From contig CAZWTX010000005.1 of assembly GCA_964637135.1 (NCBI GenBank), forward strand, positions 1 through 64,000: 64,000 nucleotides of DNA. The letters are read 5' to 3'. Both the position numbers and the translations under genes were made by a program. This DNA comes from an uncultured Methanospirillum sp. GTDB lineage: Archaea > Halobacteriota > Methanomicrobia > Methanomicrobiales > Methanospirillaceae. The notes under the pieces were generated by a model, which was not told the origin of the DNA, searched no databases, and worked only from the letters and a program-made list of their open reading frames with translations. The first letter of the stretch is position 1. The number at the start of each line of letters is the position of its first letter. Positions 40,559-50,838 of this stretch are shown piece after piece.

Positions 40559-41975
40559 AGAGCGTGGACTGGGTGGGTTTTTTCTCCCGGCATTCAGGTT
40601 CCGGACCGGCCCCCTCCCCGGGAGGGAGGTCAGGCTCCGGTGAGGGAGGGACAGCCTTCTCCTCAATTTTTCCTTTCTTTTTCGCTGCGGCCGCCTCTTC
40701 TTTCTGTTTCTTTTTCAGTTCCTTTTCCGCTCGTTTCTTTTCGTCTTCTATTTCCCTGATGATCTTTTTCGAAAGATCAGGATCCTGGATCAAAAGATCG
40801 AGCATATCAACATCCAGGAAAAATGACCGGGCATACACCCCGGGATCGTTCTGTGCAAGGATTGAAATGGGTCTCAGGTAGGTATTCCGGATGGAATCGC
40901 TGGCAAGATGTGTCGCAGAACCGAGCCGCGATACGAGTTGTTCGCGGGCATTTTTCTGCCGCCTTGCAGTTGACATCCGGCGCCATCGTTCGGGAGGCAT
41001 TATCCGGGTAAACCCGCCGGTCCGATCGCCATTCTGACCAGCTGCATAATGAACTCCATGAAGCATTATCGCAGTTGCATATCGCCAGAGCGTGTAATAC
41101 TGTTCCCGGAACGTGTACCCGAGGTACTCGTCAGAACGGGACAGGGCACCATACGCGAGAGTCATGGCAGTGGGATCCCTGAACGAACTAAGATTGCCCT
41201 CAAGCCACTGGAGGATCACATCAGGCATCTCATTGACGGTCATGGAAAGGGAGAGCAGATCATGAGGCTTAGAACTAATCGTGGCTAAAACCAGGTCAAA
41301 TATAGTTGAACGGGCATCCTTACGCGAGATAATGAGATCGTCACCGGTAAGCGAATCCTTCCCGATGGTGGACGCATAGAGCATGGTTACTGCCGATCTG
41401 AAGTCCCCACTCGATCCTTCTGCTATCTCTTCAAGTGCCTGTGAGTCACAGCCAACTCCTTCGAGAAGGCAGATCTCCTTCAGACGTGGAGCTATGGATC
41501 GTGCCTGGAGGGCTTTGAACTGGATCTTTTCACAGGCATTCCGGATGGAAGCATCAAGGCCATACAGATCGTTGGCTATCAGGATAATCGGCTGCCTGGC
41601 CTGACGAATCACCTCGACGATCGCCTTCGCCCCTCCCCGGTCAGCATTTCCCTGGAGATTATCGGCTTCATCGAGGAGAATTAACTTGCGCCCTGTACCC
41701 GAGAGTGAACCAGTACTGGCGCTTGTGCCCGCAACCCGTTCTATGACTGCCTTGGTCCGCTGGTCTGAAGCATTCAGCTCGACGATCTCCCAGTCCATGT
41801 CATTCGCAAGAGCAAGTGCAGCAGAGGTCTTTCCAATACCAGGTTTGCCATAAAGAATAAGCGGTGGGGAATCGAAGGTCCACTTCTGTGCCCATTGAAC
41901 CATCTGCCTGATTGCCTCTTTGTTTCCGGCAATATCAGCAAGATGTTTCGGACGGTATTTTTCAGCCCAGTCCAT
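40545..41975 (-). CDS. rfcL: replication factor C large subunit
   Basis: WAEKYRP, GKPGIGKT, ELNASD, C-terminal PIP box QSTLFNF. Confidence 0.96.
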   Translation of the reverse strand: MDWAEKYRPKHLADIAGNKEAIRQMVQWAQKWTFDSPPLILYGKPGIGKTSAALALANDMDWEIVELNASDQRTKAVIERVAGTSASTGSLSGTGRKLILLDEADNLQGNADRGGAKAIVEVIRQARQPIILIANDLYGLDASIRNACEKIQFKALQARSIAPRLKEICLLEGVGCDSQALEEIAEGSSGDFRSAVTMLYASTIGKDSLTGDDLIISRKDARSTIFDLVLATISSKPHDLLSLSMTVNEMPDVILQWLEGNLSSFRDPTAMTLAYGALSRSDEYLGYTFREQYYTLWRYATAIMLHGVHYAAGQNGDRTGGFTRIMPPERWRRMSTARRQKNAREQLVSRLGSATHLASDSIRNTYLRPISILAQNDPGVYARSFFLDVDMLDLLIQDPDLSKKIIREIEDEKKRAEKELKKKQKEEAAAAKKKGKIEEKAVPPSPEPDLPPGEGAGPEPECREKKPTQSTLFNFG

Positions 41976-42000
41976 CGTATACCTGATACTTCACCATGAC

Positions 42001-42098
42001 GGGGGATAACACCACCCAATCAGAGGAGTGGTATCAGAACCCAGAGGTTCGCTACCCACCGGGCCGTCCAGGCAATACCGGTAGAACTCCTGCACCCC
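42001..42098 (-). ncRNA. candidate structured RNA/leader upstream of rfcL
   Basis: Helices AGGAGU/ACUCCU, UCUACCGG/CCGGUGGG and GAACC/GGUUC; G-U pairs favour the minus strand. Confidence 0.4.
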
Positions 42099-42155
42099 AT
42101 ATATAGCAAATAACGCATTCAGACACTTTAAGTGAGATGAAACAGAAACGAGAGA

Positions 42156-43169
42156 GTGAGTTCTGGTCCCATGGGAGAATATATCTGTTCCACCGAACTG
42201 ATCGCACAGACCGTCAGAAATTATGACGGGGTCAGGCGGAAGAGCGAGATCGGGGCCATGGTTAAAACCCTGAAATATGATTCACCAGATGTTATTGCTT
42301 CGTTTGGAGAAGATGCAGCGGTAATACGGTCAGGGGACCAGGCATTGCTCCTGGCCGCAGACGGGATATGGAGCAGGCTGATGGATGCCGATCCGTACTG
42401 GGCCGGGTATTGTTCGGTTCTTGTTAATATCCATGATATTGCTGCGATGGGCGGCCGCCCCCTGGCTATGGTTGATGTTCTCTCCATTGCGAACGAACAA
42501 CACCGGAGCCAGGTAATAGCCGGAATGCGGGATGCATCATATCAGTTCGGCGTCCCCATCGTCGGAGGCCATCTTCATCCAGATACCCCGTACAGTGTCA
42601 TCGACGTTGCCATCCTTGGAACCGTGCATCCTGATGATATCATATACAGCAACCGGGCACGAAGCGGTGACCTCGTCGTCGCAGCGATTGATCTCACCGG
42701 GAGGGTTCACCCGGCCTGTATCTTAAACTGGGATTCGGCAACCGGGCGGTCATCGGATGAAGTCAGGGCACAGATAAGGACCATGGAAGAGATCGGCCGG
42801 CGTCACCTGGTCACCGCGGGGAAGGATATATCAAATCCGGGTATTATTGGGACACTTGGCATGCTCCTTGAAGTATCAGGAGTAGGAGCAGTAATTGATC
42901 TCGATAAAATTCCCCGTCCCGAACTGAAAAAACACGGGATTAACTTCGAACAATGGGTTCGTATATACCCGGGAATGGGGTTCATCCTCACCGTCCCGCC
43001 TTCGTCATATGATGATCTCGTCTCACTCTTTGGCCGGGTGGGAATGACGGCATCCCGCATCGGTGTCGTGACCGACACCCGCAGTCTCAGGATTACGTAC
43101 CATGATCAGGATACCTCTGTCTTCGATTTTATGACAAACGGGGGAATCATGCATCTTGGCACCGGGTGA
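42156..43169 (+). CDS. methanogenesis marker protein 2 (AIR synthase-like)
   Basis: GEDAA, VNIHDIAAMGG, GGHLHP, KDISNPG. Confidence 0.9.
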   Translation: MSSGPMGEYICSTELIAQTVRNYDGVRRKSEIGAMVKTLKYDSPDVIASFGEDAAVIRSGDQALLLAADGIWSRLMDADPYWAGYCSVLVNIHDIAAMGGRPLAMVDVLSIANEQHRSQVIAGMRDASYQFGVPIVGGHLHPDTPYSVIDVAILGTVHPDDIIYSNRARSGDLVVAAIDLTGRVHPACILNWDSATGRSSDEVRAQIRTMEEIGRRHLVTAGKDISNPGIIGTLGMLLEVSGVGAVIDLDKIPRPELKKHGINFEQWVRIYPGMGFILTVPPSSYDDLVSLFGRVGMTASRIGVVTDTRSLRITYHDQDTSVFDFMTNGGIMHLGTG

Positions 43170-43170
43170 T

Positions 43171-43917
43171 ATGACAGGAAAAATCGGTATCGGGGTTTTT
43201 GAAGAGAGCCGCCGGGTTCTCGAAAGTATCGAAAGATACCCTGATCCAGACAGGGTAATCTGTTACACGTTCCCCGGTGTCATTGATGATTTTTCAGGAT
43301 TCCATGTGGATGTCTCCGGACATCCTGCAGCCAGGATGATCGGGGATCTTGCATCCGGGAATATTGCCGCTGCAGTCAGGGGAACCCTCCCTGCAAATGA
43401 AACCCTTCAGGAGCTGAAACGGGTTTTCAACACAAGGGAACTCGAACGGATCGTTCTCCTTGAGACCGGGGATAACATTCGCTTTTTCCTCGCCCCGGTC
43501 GGGGTCGACGAAGGCTGGACCGTCGCTCAGAAGATCTCTCTGGTGGAGAAAGGACGGATCATCGCTTCCCGGTTCGGTCTTCCGGATAAGGTAGGGATCT
43601 TGTCAGGTGGTCGTCTTGGTGATATCGGGAGGCATGAAATCGTGGACCGGACCATGGCAGATGCTGAACTTGTCTCACACATCACCGGTGCCTGTCACTA
43701 CGAAATCAGGATAGAGGATGCCATTCGGGAATGCGGTCTCATCATCGCACCGGACGGGATATCCGGAAACCTGATCTTCAGAACGCTGACCTTTGCCGGG
43801 ATGGGGGCAGCACATGGGGCACCGGTGGTAAATATCGAAAAAATCTTCGTAGACACCTCGCGCGTCAATCCGGATTATACAAATGCCCTTATTCTTGCAG
43901 CTTCACTGTCCGGATAA
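43171..43917 (+). CDS. mtxX: MtxX / methanogenesis marker protein 4
   Basis: [33 protein letters not shown]. Confidence 0.88.
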   Translation: MTGKIGIGVFEESRRVLESIERYPDPDRVICYTFPGVIDDFSGFHVDVSGHPAARMIGDLASGNIAAAVRGTLPANETLQELKRVFNTRELERIVLLETGDNIRFFLAPVGVDEGWTVAQKISLVEKGRIIASRFGLPDKVGILSGGRLGDIGRHEIVDRTMADAELVSHITGACHYEIRIEDAIRECGLIIAPDGISGNLIFRTLTFAGMGAAHGAPVVNIEKIFVDTSRVNPDYTNALILAASLSG

Positions 43918-44111
43918 GATTGAGCCGGGAAAGATTTTTATTTGTCCATTTTTTTAATAATCATGTATTGCTTCTCCTTTTCGAATCTTGATGAGAGGAT
44001 GTCTGGGAAATGAAAAAAATTTGCTTTTCAGGTCTCAAATTCCAAAAAAATACAGAAAATCTCGAAATGTTTAAATAGATAACAATATACTTTTTTTTGA
44101 GGTAGAGGACT

Positions 44112-44318
44112 ATGGCAGACTTACCTATTGCAGCAGTTGTTAGAATCGCAAAGAAGAACGGTGCTGAGCGTGTGGGAAGCGACGCAGCAGCAGCACTGGT
44201 AGCAAAGGCAGAAGACTATATTGCAAACCTGACCAAGGAAGCAAACCGCCTTGCGCAGCATGCGGGAAGAAAAACCATCAAGGAAGAAGACGTCAAGATG
44301 GCAGCAGAGAATGCCTAA
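44112..44318 (+). CDS. archaeal histone (HMf-like)
   Basis: LPIAAVVRIAKKNGAERV, HAGRKTIKEED. Confidence 0.96.
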   Translation: MADLPIAAVVRIAKKNGAERVGSDAAAALVAKAEDYIANLTKEANRLAQHAGRKTIKEEDVKMAAENA

Positions 44319-44432
44319 GGCATTCTCCAACTTTTCCGATAGTACCTTCTCTCTACCATAATCCGGTCAGGTTTGGATGGGGATTTTTTTTGTGACCGGT
44401 AAATGTCCCACGTATTCTATTGTTCCTGAAAT

Positions 44433-45014
44433 TCAGAGCGTTCCCTTTGTGCTGGGTATTTCGCCATCCTCATGAATGATGGTAACAGCCTGGCCAAGAG
44501 CGATACCAGCCGCCTTAAAAATGGCTTCGCAGAGGTGGTGATCAGATCGTCCTTTTCCCTCGATATGAAGAGTTATCCGTGCATGCTGAACCAGGCTTTC
44601 GAAGAAATGTTCAACAAGACCGGGATCGAGAACCCCTTCAATCGGACCGGTAAAAGAGACATGGTATTCAAGATAGGATCTTCCGCCGGTATCAACCGCA
44701 ATGGTTGCCTGCGACTCGTCCATGGGAATGATGGCATGTGAAAACCGCCGGATTCCCTTCCCGTCCCCGAGAGCTTCCCTGAATGCTTCACCAAGGAGAA
44801 TACCGATATCCTCAACGGTATGATGCAGTCCCACCTCGAGATCACCGGAAGCGGCAAGATCGAGATTAAACCGCCCGTGCCGGGTAAAAGACGAGAGCAT
44901 ATGATCAAGGAAGGCAATACCGGAATGGATTGATCCCGAACCGGTGCCGTCAAGGGTTAGATCAATGGTGATATCGGTCTCCGCGGTCTTCCGATGTACA
45001 TGTGCCGTTCTCAT
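44433..45014 (-). CDS. hisB: imidazoleglycerol-phosphate dehydratase
   Basis: RKTAET, FLDHML, HHTVED, HHLCEA, PSTKG. Confidence 0.96.
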   Translation of the reverse strand: MRTAHVHRKTAETDITIDLTLDGTGSGSIHSGIAFLDHMLSSFTRHGRFNLDLAASGDLEVGLHHTVEDIGILLGEAFREALGDGKGIRRFSHAIIPMDESQATIAVDTGGRSYLEYHVSFTGPIEGVLDPGLVEHFFESLVQHARITLHIEGKGRSDHHLCEAIFKAAGIALGQAVTIIHEDGEIPSTKGTL

Positions 45015-45721
45015 ACTGCTGCTCCAAGTGCCTCTTTAAGTCCAATTGTACCATTATACAGTGCAGACCCAAGTACTATTCCCCAGGATCCCAGGTTTCG
45101 CAATGTTGTCACATCACTGATCCCGGTGATGCCCCCTGCCACGACTACCGGAACGGAAACGCGATCAAGAAGAGAGTGAACCGGTTCAGTCTGTATCCCA
45201 TTACAGAGCCCTTCAACATTTACGTTGGTATACAGGAGGGATCCGGCACCATTTTCTACAAACAATTCTGCCCAGGAGAGAAAGTCACCGGCAGAGCGTT
45301 CCCATCCGTCGACCACGATCTCCCCTGCCCGGGCATCAACTCCTGCCATGATCCTCGCAGTTCCGTATTCATCCGACAATACGCTCAGGGCCTCAGGATG
45401 TGATACCGCATACGTGGAAAGAATGACCCGTTCAACACCGAGATCAAGCCATGAACATGCATCCTTGAGCGACCGGATTCCGCCACCCAGTTGGATCTCA
45501 ACACCGGTCTGAACGATGACCTCCCGGATCTGTCCGGCATTCTCTTTCGAGGTCCCGAACGCACCATCCAGGTTAACTATATGCAGGGCAGTTGCTCCTT
45601 CGTTCAGCCACCGTTCGGCACAGGTGAGCGGAGTTCCATAATCAGTGGATCGACTCCGATCTCCCTGAACGAGCTGAACACACCGTCCGTGCAGGATATC
45701 GACCGCTGGAAAAACGTTCAT
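45011..45721 (-). CDS. hisA: ProFAR isomerase
   Basis: FPAVD...G.CVQLVQG, GGGIRS. Confidence 0.94.
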   Translation of the reverse strand: MNVFPAVDILHGRCVQLVQGDRSRSTDYGTPLTCAERWLNEGATALHIVNLDGAFGTSKENAGQIREVIVQTGVEIQLGGGIRSLKDACSWLDLGVERVILSTYAVSHPEALSVLSDEYGTARIMAGVDARAGEIVVDGWERSAGDFLSWAELFVENGAGSLLYTNVNVEGLCNGIQTEPVHSLLDRVSVPVVVAGGITGISDVTTLRNLGSWGIVLGSALYNGTIGLKEALGAAV

Positions 45722-45724
45722 GAT

Positions 45725-46624
45725 TTACCGTATCAGTCGCTCGATGGCCATCACCAGGATATCTCGGGCACCTGCCTCTCTGAGACGGCTGATGAGCTGG
45801 TACACTTTATCCTCCCCGACCACGGCATGCACGGCAACCATATCCTCAGAGGAGACGACATCCATGATCGTCGGGCCGCTCATTCCGGGGATAATCTCTC
45901 GGACAGCAGAAAGGGAAGTTCTCGGAACGTTCATCATCAGGTAACTCTTTCCCCGGGCATTGATGACACTCTCAAGGGCGAGATGAATCTCTCCGATCTT
46001 CTGTGATTTTTCCGTTTGAGCCTTTCGGTTCGCGATAAGCATGGTCGTCGTTTCAAGAACCGTATCGATGATGACCAGGCGGTTCTGACGGATTGTTGTC
46101 CCTGAACTCGTGAGATCGACGATGGCATCAGATATCCCGAGAAGGGGAGTTGCCTCACAGGCACCTCCGACCGGAACGATGATTGGTCTGATCCCGATCT
46201 GCTTGAAATATTTCCGTGTTATCGCGGGAAATTCTGTTGAAACACGTTTTCCGGCTAATGCAGCAGGATCAGTGATCCCCGACGATTCCGGTACGGCAAG
46301 AACCATCCGGGCTGTTCCAAATCCCAGGTTGAGCAGTTCCTGGATGTCAGAACCACGCTCTACCACCATATCATGCCCGGTGATTCCCAGGTCGGCAACC
46401 CCGGAGGCGACATATTCAGGAATATCAATCGGGCGGGCATACAGGATTTCCACCTGTGGATCCCGGGTTCTCGCAATGAGGGTCCTGTCTCCGTTATCAA
46501 GGATGCCGAGTCCGGACTGCTCAATAAGGTCACGGATTGGTACTGAAATCCTTCCTTTGTTTGGAATGGCGAGCCTGACCGTTCCGGCCGTCTGAAGGCC
46601 GGCATATGCCGGGGTCTTTGCCAT
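45725..46624 (-). CDS. hisG: ATP phosphoribosyltransferase (long form)
   Basis: AIPNKGR, DLGITG, DLTSSGTT. Confidence 0.96.
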   Translation of the reverse strand: MAKTPAYAGLQTAGTVRLAIPNKGRISVPIRDLIEQSGLGILDNGDRTLIARTRDPQVEILYARPIDIPEYVASGVADLGITGHDMVVERGSDIQELLNLGFGTARMVLAVPESSGITDPAALAGKRVSTEFPAITRKYFKQIGIRPIIVPVGGACEATPLLGISDAIVDLTSSGTTIRQNRLVIIDTVLETTTMLIANRKAQTEKSQKIGEIHLALESVINARGKSYLMMNVPRTSLSAVREIIPGMSGPTIMDVVSSEDMVAVHAVVGEDKVYQLISRLREAGARDILVMAIERLIR

Positions 46625-47829
46625 CAGAAGGTCTTCAGTTCGCCACGGATAACCCGGTCCGTGATGGAAGTGACATCTGCAAGACCGCTATCGATAACCT
46701 CGTAGACATCCTTTTCAAGATCCTTTAACGTAAACCCGGATTTGGGCATAACCTGGATACCGGCAACGAGCGGCTGATCAATGGGCATGCCTATCTGGGA
46801 TAACAACCGGATATGGATTTCTTCGATACCATCAACCTTTTTCACACAGGTATGGGCGAGTTCACTTGAGAGAAGATTGTAGATTTTACCGATGTGGTTG
46901 ATCGGATTCTTCCCGCTGGTCGCTTCCATACTCATCGGACGGTGGGGGGTAATGAGCCCGTTTGCCCGGTTCCCCCGCCCCACAGAGCCATCATCACCCA
47001 TCTCAGCCGAAGTTCCGGTAACCGTAAGGAAAAGACTGCATTCATGGTCACAGTCTGCCGTATTGATAAAGACCTCCACGTTCCGCCGGGTACAGGTCCG
47101 TGCAATCTTCTCTGCCTCATCCTTCAGGCGCTCCCGGTAGTCGATATACTCTGAAAGGGAAGAGACATACCGGTCAACCATGGCACAACAGAGGGTCAGT
47201 TTGATGCTGTCGCCATGGCGGAGACCCATGATCTTGATGTCCTGTCCGTATGCCGGATATTTCGGACGGAGGGTGTTGTCGATATATGCAGATATCTCCC
47301 GGATACAGGTTTCAATCTCTGAAAACGGGGCATAAGACACCCCAAAAGAGGTGTCGTTTGCACGCGGGATCTGACCTTCTTCAGGTTTGAACACGTCGCG
47401 GAGATCGGTGGAACCGGTTCCGAGTCGGCAGTCCATGATGATGTCACGTTCGAAATCGAGTTCTGGAAGGATGGTCCTGAGATAATCCTTTGCAGCCTTC
47501 AGGGCAACGGGTTCTGCCGGGATCTTCTCACCATTGAACTCTTTCGTGGCACGTCCGTCAAGAAGGATATACATCGGCTTGAGGATTTTGCCGCCTCCAA
47601 ACTGGGGAAGGGATTCACCCGCAACGATTTCACCCTGATCGGTGTTATGATGGAGAATACCGCCACACTGATCCAGGTATGTCCTGCAGAGTGCCCTGCT
47701 GATCGATTCTGCAATACCGTCTGCGATACTGTCCGGGTGGCCGAGACATTTTCGTTCCACCACCTCTATCTGTTGTTGTTCAAGCGGAGTCTGATTCAGG
47801 ATGTCAATCGCGATATTTCTCTTCATCAA
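46624..47829 (-). CDS. mat: archaeal methionine adenosyltransferase
   Basis: [36 protein letters not shown]. Confidence 0.96.
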   Translation of the reverse strand: MMKRNIAIDILNQTPLEQQQIEVVERKCLGHPDSIADGIAESISRALCRTYLDQCGGILHHNTDQGEIVAGESLPQFGGGKILKPMYILLDGRATKEFNGEKIPAEPVALKAAKDYLRTILPELDFERDIIMDCRLGTGSTDLRDVFKPEEGQIPRANDTSFGVSYAPFSEIETCIREISAYIDNTLRPKYPAYGQDIKIMGLRHGDSIKLTLCCAMVDRYVSSLSEYIDYRERLKDEAEKIARTCTRRNVEVFINTADCDHECSLFLTVTGTSAEMGDDGSVGRGNRANGLITPHRPMSMEATSGKNPINHIGKIYNLLSSELAHTCVKKVDGIEEIHIRLLSQIGMPIDQPLVAGIQVMPKSGFTLKDLEKDVYEVIDSGLADVTSITDRVIRGELKTF

Positions 47830-47972
47830 AAACCTCGTCTGGTCAGATATATCTCACATACCGGTGAGATGTCACAGGGTATAGGTTCGTCATAGCGGAA
47901 ATAATACCTAACTATCCGGAGGGTATACGGATACCCATACACAACCACCTCCCCGGGTACACATGCTGAATC

Positions 47973-48053
47973 TACTCCCAGATCCCTGCTTCAGAAATCA
48001 CTTCGCGAAATTCCGTCTCCTGAAGAAGTGCGGTTCAGAAAGATCCGGGAGCA
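47973..48053 (-). ncRNA. candidate long RNA hairpin upstream of mat
   Basis: 15-bp outer helix and 8-bp inner helix whose only non-Watson-Crick pairs are G-U on the minus strand. Confidence 0.45.
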
Positions 48054-48457
48054 CGAAGAACATGCAAGGGGCCTGTCCACACTCCGGGCTGCAGCGAAAA
48101 CCGGGTAGTTTTAACATTCTGGTAGGATATCAACCTCTCTTCTTCGAATCCAGGGGGATATCACCGGACCTGTTTCCAAAATCACAGAAGCACTCTGCGA
48201 TAACGGTTTTTTTATCTATCTACAACCAGGGGATCATGATCTGTTGTATGTCTCATCCCAAGATCCTGAGTGGGAATTATGGACCTTCGCGGGTAAGGAA
48301 ACCCCGAAGATAGAGTGGGGAAAGAAAAAAGATTCATCACCGCGGATTTCCTGCCGACATGGAAAACAACGGAATAGATATCTGTTCTGTTGAGAGCATT
48401 CCGGATCCATATATTGAAGGATATACCTAACCCTCGTACCTGCACAAAAAAAGGGAC

Positions 48458-49459
48458 TTACGCGATAATATCTGACGGGATCTCCAGCATGAACCGGGCA
48501 CATTCCCCTTCTTTCCCGTTCTCTGTCAGGGTAATCCGGTAAATTTCCAGGATTTTCTGGGCTAAAAACAGACCAAAGCCATTCCCCGTTCCGAATCCAA
48601 ATTCAAACAACCGTATCTTCTGGGACTCAGGGATACCACACCCGTTATCTTCAATTATCAGTACATTCCCTGTTTTTCCCGGGATACGGTTAAATATGAC
48701 CCGTGTTGCGCCGGTTGCATGAGTGGGAATGTTCTCGATGATCTTCAAAAGAGCCAGGCGAAATGACTTATCTGCAAAGATGGTCCCGAGATCGTTCTCA
48801 AAAACAATATCTATCGAATTAAGCGGGAGATCACCCAGGATCTCGGTTATAAGATCCTGAATCCGCACCCATGAAAACTCGGTAGTGCCGACTTTCTGGT
48901 ATTCACGGGTGAAAATGAGTTTTTCGCGAATCTTCTCTGCTGCACCCTGCTCTTTCTGGGTAAACTCAATCACCATCGGATCGCTGATGACATCAGAGGA
49001 CAGTTCAAGGTATCCAAGGATAGCCGTGAGCTGATTCAGGATATCGTGCCGTACCTTCGAGTTCATGACACTCCAGGCTTCTGCACACCGGGTCAGGAGA
49101 TGCCATTCCGTCGGAAGTGTGGAGAGCCAGATGACGGCAGTAATCTTCTGAGGGGTACTATCCGGTTGGTATGTCACTGAAAAGACCTGTTCCACCCACC
49201 TGTATTGCCCGTTCATCAGGAGCCGGTACCGCAGGACGATAGAGTCTTTTTTCTGCATAAGTGAGGCCCCGGCCTTTCGTACGATGAGATCATGGTCATC
49301 CGGATGAATGAGATCAAGAAGAGAGGATGACGACGTGAGAGACAATCCGGAAGAGGAGGCATTCGCAGAAATCCAGAGAACTTTCCAAAGATCACAAGGA
49401 TCAAGTCTTACGGCCACAACCGGCCCGGTCTGAAAGATCTCCTCTTCAGATATTACCAT
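48458..49459 (-). CDS. PAS sensor histidine kinase
   Basis: IHPDD PAS, RHDILNQL H-box, EDNGCG, GFGLFL. Confidence 0.9.
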   Translation of the reverse strand: MVISEEEIFQTGPVVAVRLDPCDLWKVLWISANASSSGLSLTSSSSLLDLIHPDDHDLIVRKAGASLMQKKDSIVLRYRLLMNGQYRWVEQVFSVTYQPDSTPQKITAVIWLSTLPTEWHLLTRCAEAWSVMNSKVRHDILNQLTAILGYLELSSDVISDPMVIEFTQKEQGAAEKIREKLIFTREYQKVGTTEFSWVRIQDLITEILGDLPLNSIDIVFENDLGTIFADKSFRLALLKIIENIPTHATGATRVIFNRIPGKTGNVLIIEDNGCGIPESQKIRLFEFGFGTGNGFGLFLAQKILEIYRITLTENGKEGECARFMLEIPSDIIA

Positions 49460-49506
49460 CGCCCCCTGAAATGGTATATCTCATACCTTTCAGTTATACC
49501 CTTTGA

Positions 49507-49857
49507 TCAGGATGTCGTATTGTTAAGAGAACGGATTGCCTGCTCAATCTGCGGCCATGATATCCGGCCGATCGGGAGAAGGTCTCCATTGAGGAGAATC
49601 ATCGGAAGGGGCGGGTGTCGTGATTCATAGATCTCCCTGATATAATCAGGTATTCCATCATCAAGCAAAGTTAATGTGATCCCGACGGAGTCATGAAATG
49701 TCTCGGCCGTTTTATGGCGGAGTGCATCAACAGCAGCCATCAGCTGATTGGTCGGGGCACAGGCCGACAGTCCGCAGGTCCTGTTTTCATCGCAGGGAAA
49801 GGGGGAACATTCCATGTCCCGATACGCAACAATCTCAAGCCGTATCTGTTCAGTCAC
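49507..49857 (-). CDS. conserved hypothetical Cys-motif protein
   Basis: CSPFPCDENRTCGLSAC; LPMILLNG suggests a thioredoxin-like fold (inference). Confidence 0.6.
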   Translation of the reverse strand: MTEQIRLEIVAYRDMECSPFPCDENRTCGLSACAPTNQLMAAVDALRHKTAETFHDSVGITLTLLDDGIPDYIREIYESRHPPLPMILLNGDLLPIGRISWPQIEQAIRSLNNTTS

Positions 49858-49900
49858 GGTCTATAAAAGGAAGAGAAGAGAGATAAGTGCTTGTATCTGC

Positions 49901-50375
49901 CTACATAAACCGCTCAAACCGGTCATGGCCTACCTTGCAGACCGGGCAGACATCAGGTGGCTGGTCCCGTGCACAGAGATACCCGCAGACTCTGCACCGC
50001 CAGACCGGGTACGGCAGGTTTCCTGCCGGACGACTGACTGGTGACATATGCCGCTTTCCCCGTTCAGGTCTTCGCTCAGGCAGGGGGGGTGCCGGCTCAT
50101 TCCTCCGGATGAGATCTGAGCTGACATACAATCCACAATAACAGGCACCATATTCAGCAAGATCAGGATCANNNNNNNNNNTCTTCCATCGAACCAAATG
50201 CAAGCCTGCAGGGACAGGACTCATACCCGTACCGGTCAGCATTTACGATGAGCCCCCTGACAAGACCGGAAGTGAATGACATGTCCGGGTTCAGATGGTA
50301 TCCTCCCCGTTCAGCATCACGGTTGAGTTCTTCATATCGTTTCCTCATCCTCTCTTCAATGCCGTCAGATTCCAT
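49901..50375 (-). CDS. ferredoxin:disulfide reductase (FTR catalytic domain + rubredoxin-like domain), spans an assembly gap
   Basis: YGYESCPCR ... [Ns] ... YGACYCGLY, then WRCRVCGY...CPVC; the frame change coincides with the Ns. Confidence 0.85.
50172..50181. other. assembly gap (10 N)
   Basis: Run of N. Confidence 1.
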
Positions 50376-50659
50376 CAGGACAATGCCTCCCGTATCTCAT
50401 CAAGCCTGCTACCGATGATGACGGTGGTGTGGTCAATAACCAGGGTAGGAAATGAACCGCGGGGATTGTGTTTCTCCATTTCCCTGATAACCTGTTCCAT
50501 CTCCTCACGGGGGAGGAGATCAACATACAGGTAGTCATACCCTACCCCGAGTTCTTCAAGAAACTCCCGTGTTTTTTTACAATGGATACAGGTGGATAAT
50601 GCAAACAGCATTACATGGTGGGCATTTGTTCCCGGAACATGAACTGGAGTCTGTGTCAT
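50375..50659 (-). CDS. glutaredoxin-like protein (methanoredoxin-like)
   Basis: LSTCIHCKK, SFPTLVI. Confidence 0.88.
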   Translation of the reverse strand: MTQTPVHVPGTNAHHVMLFALSTCIHCKKTREFLEELGVGYDYLYVDLLPREEMEQVIREMEKHNPRGSFPTLVIDHTTVIIGSRLDEIREALS

Positions 50660-50838
50660 CAATTTCAACTCGTATGACCAGATTACTCTATGAGGTAATA
50701 ACAGATCTGGCGCCCTGTATGATCCCGTAACATGCTGGCTCCTGATATCCCGGGCCAGAGCCGTATGAACATTCGGGATTGCTATTAATAAGGAATATTT
50801 TAATATTCAGTTTGCTTTATCTTACCTCAGCGATATTT

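Noticed and set aside
42018..42095. Plus-strand resemblance to a SAM-I riboswitch (ATCAGAG...GGCAA...TCCTG)
   Set aside because: SAM-I P1/P2 pairing and kink-turn not recoverable; G-U pairs favour the other strand
50172..50181. Apparent frameshift or pseudogene in the FTR-like gene
   Set aside because: Coincides with an N gap of arbitrary length
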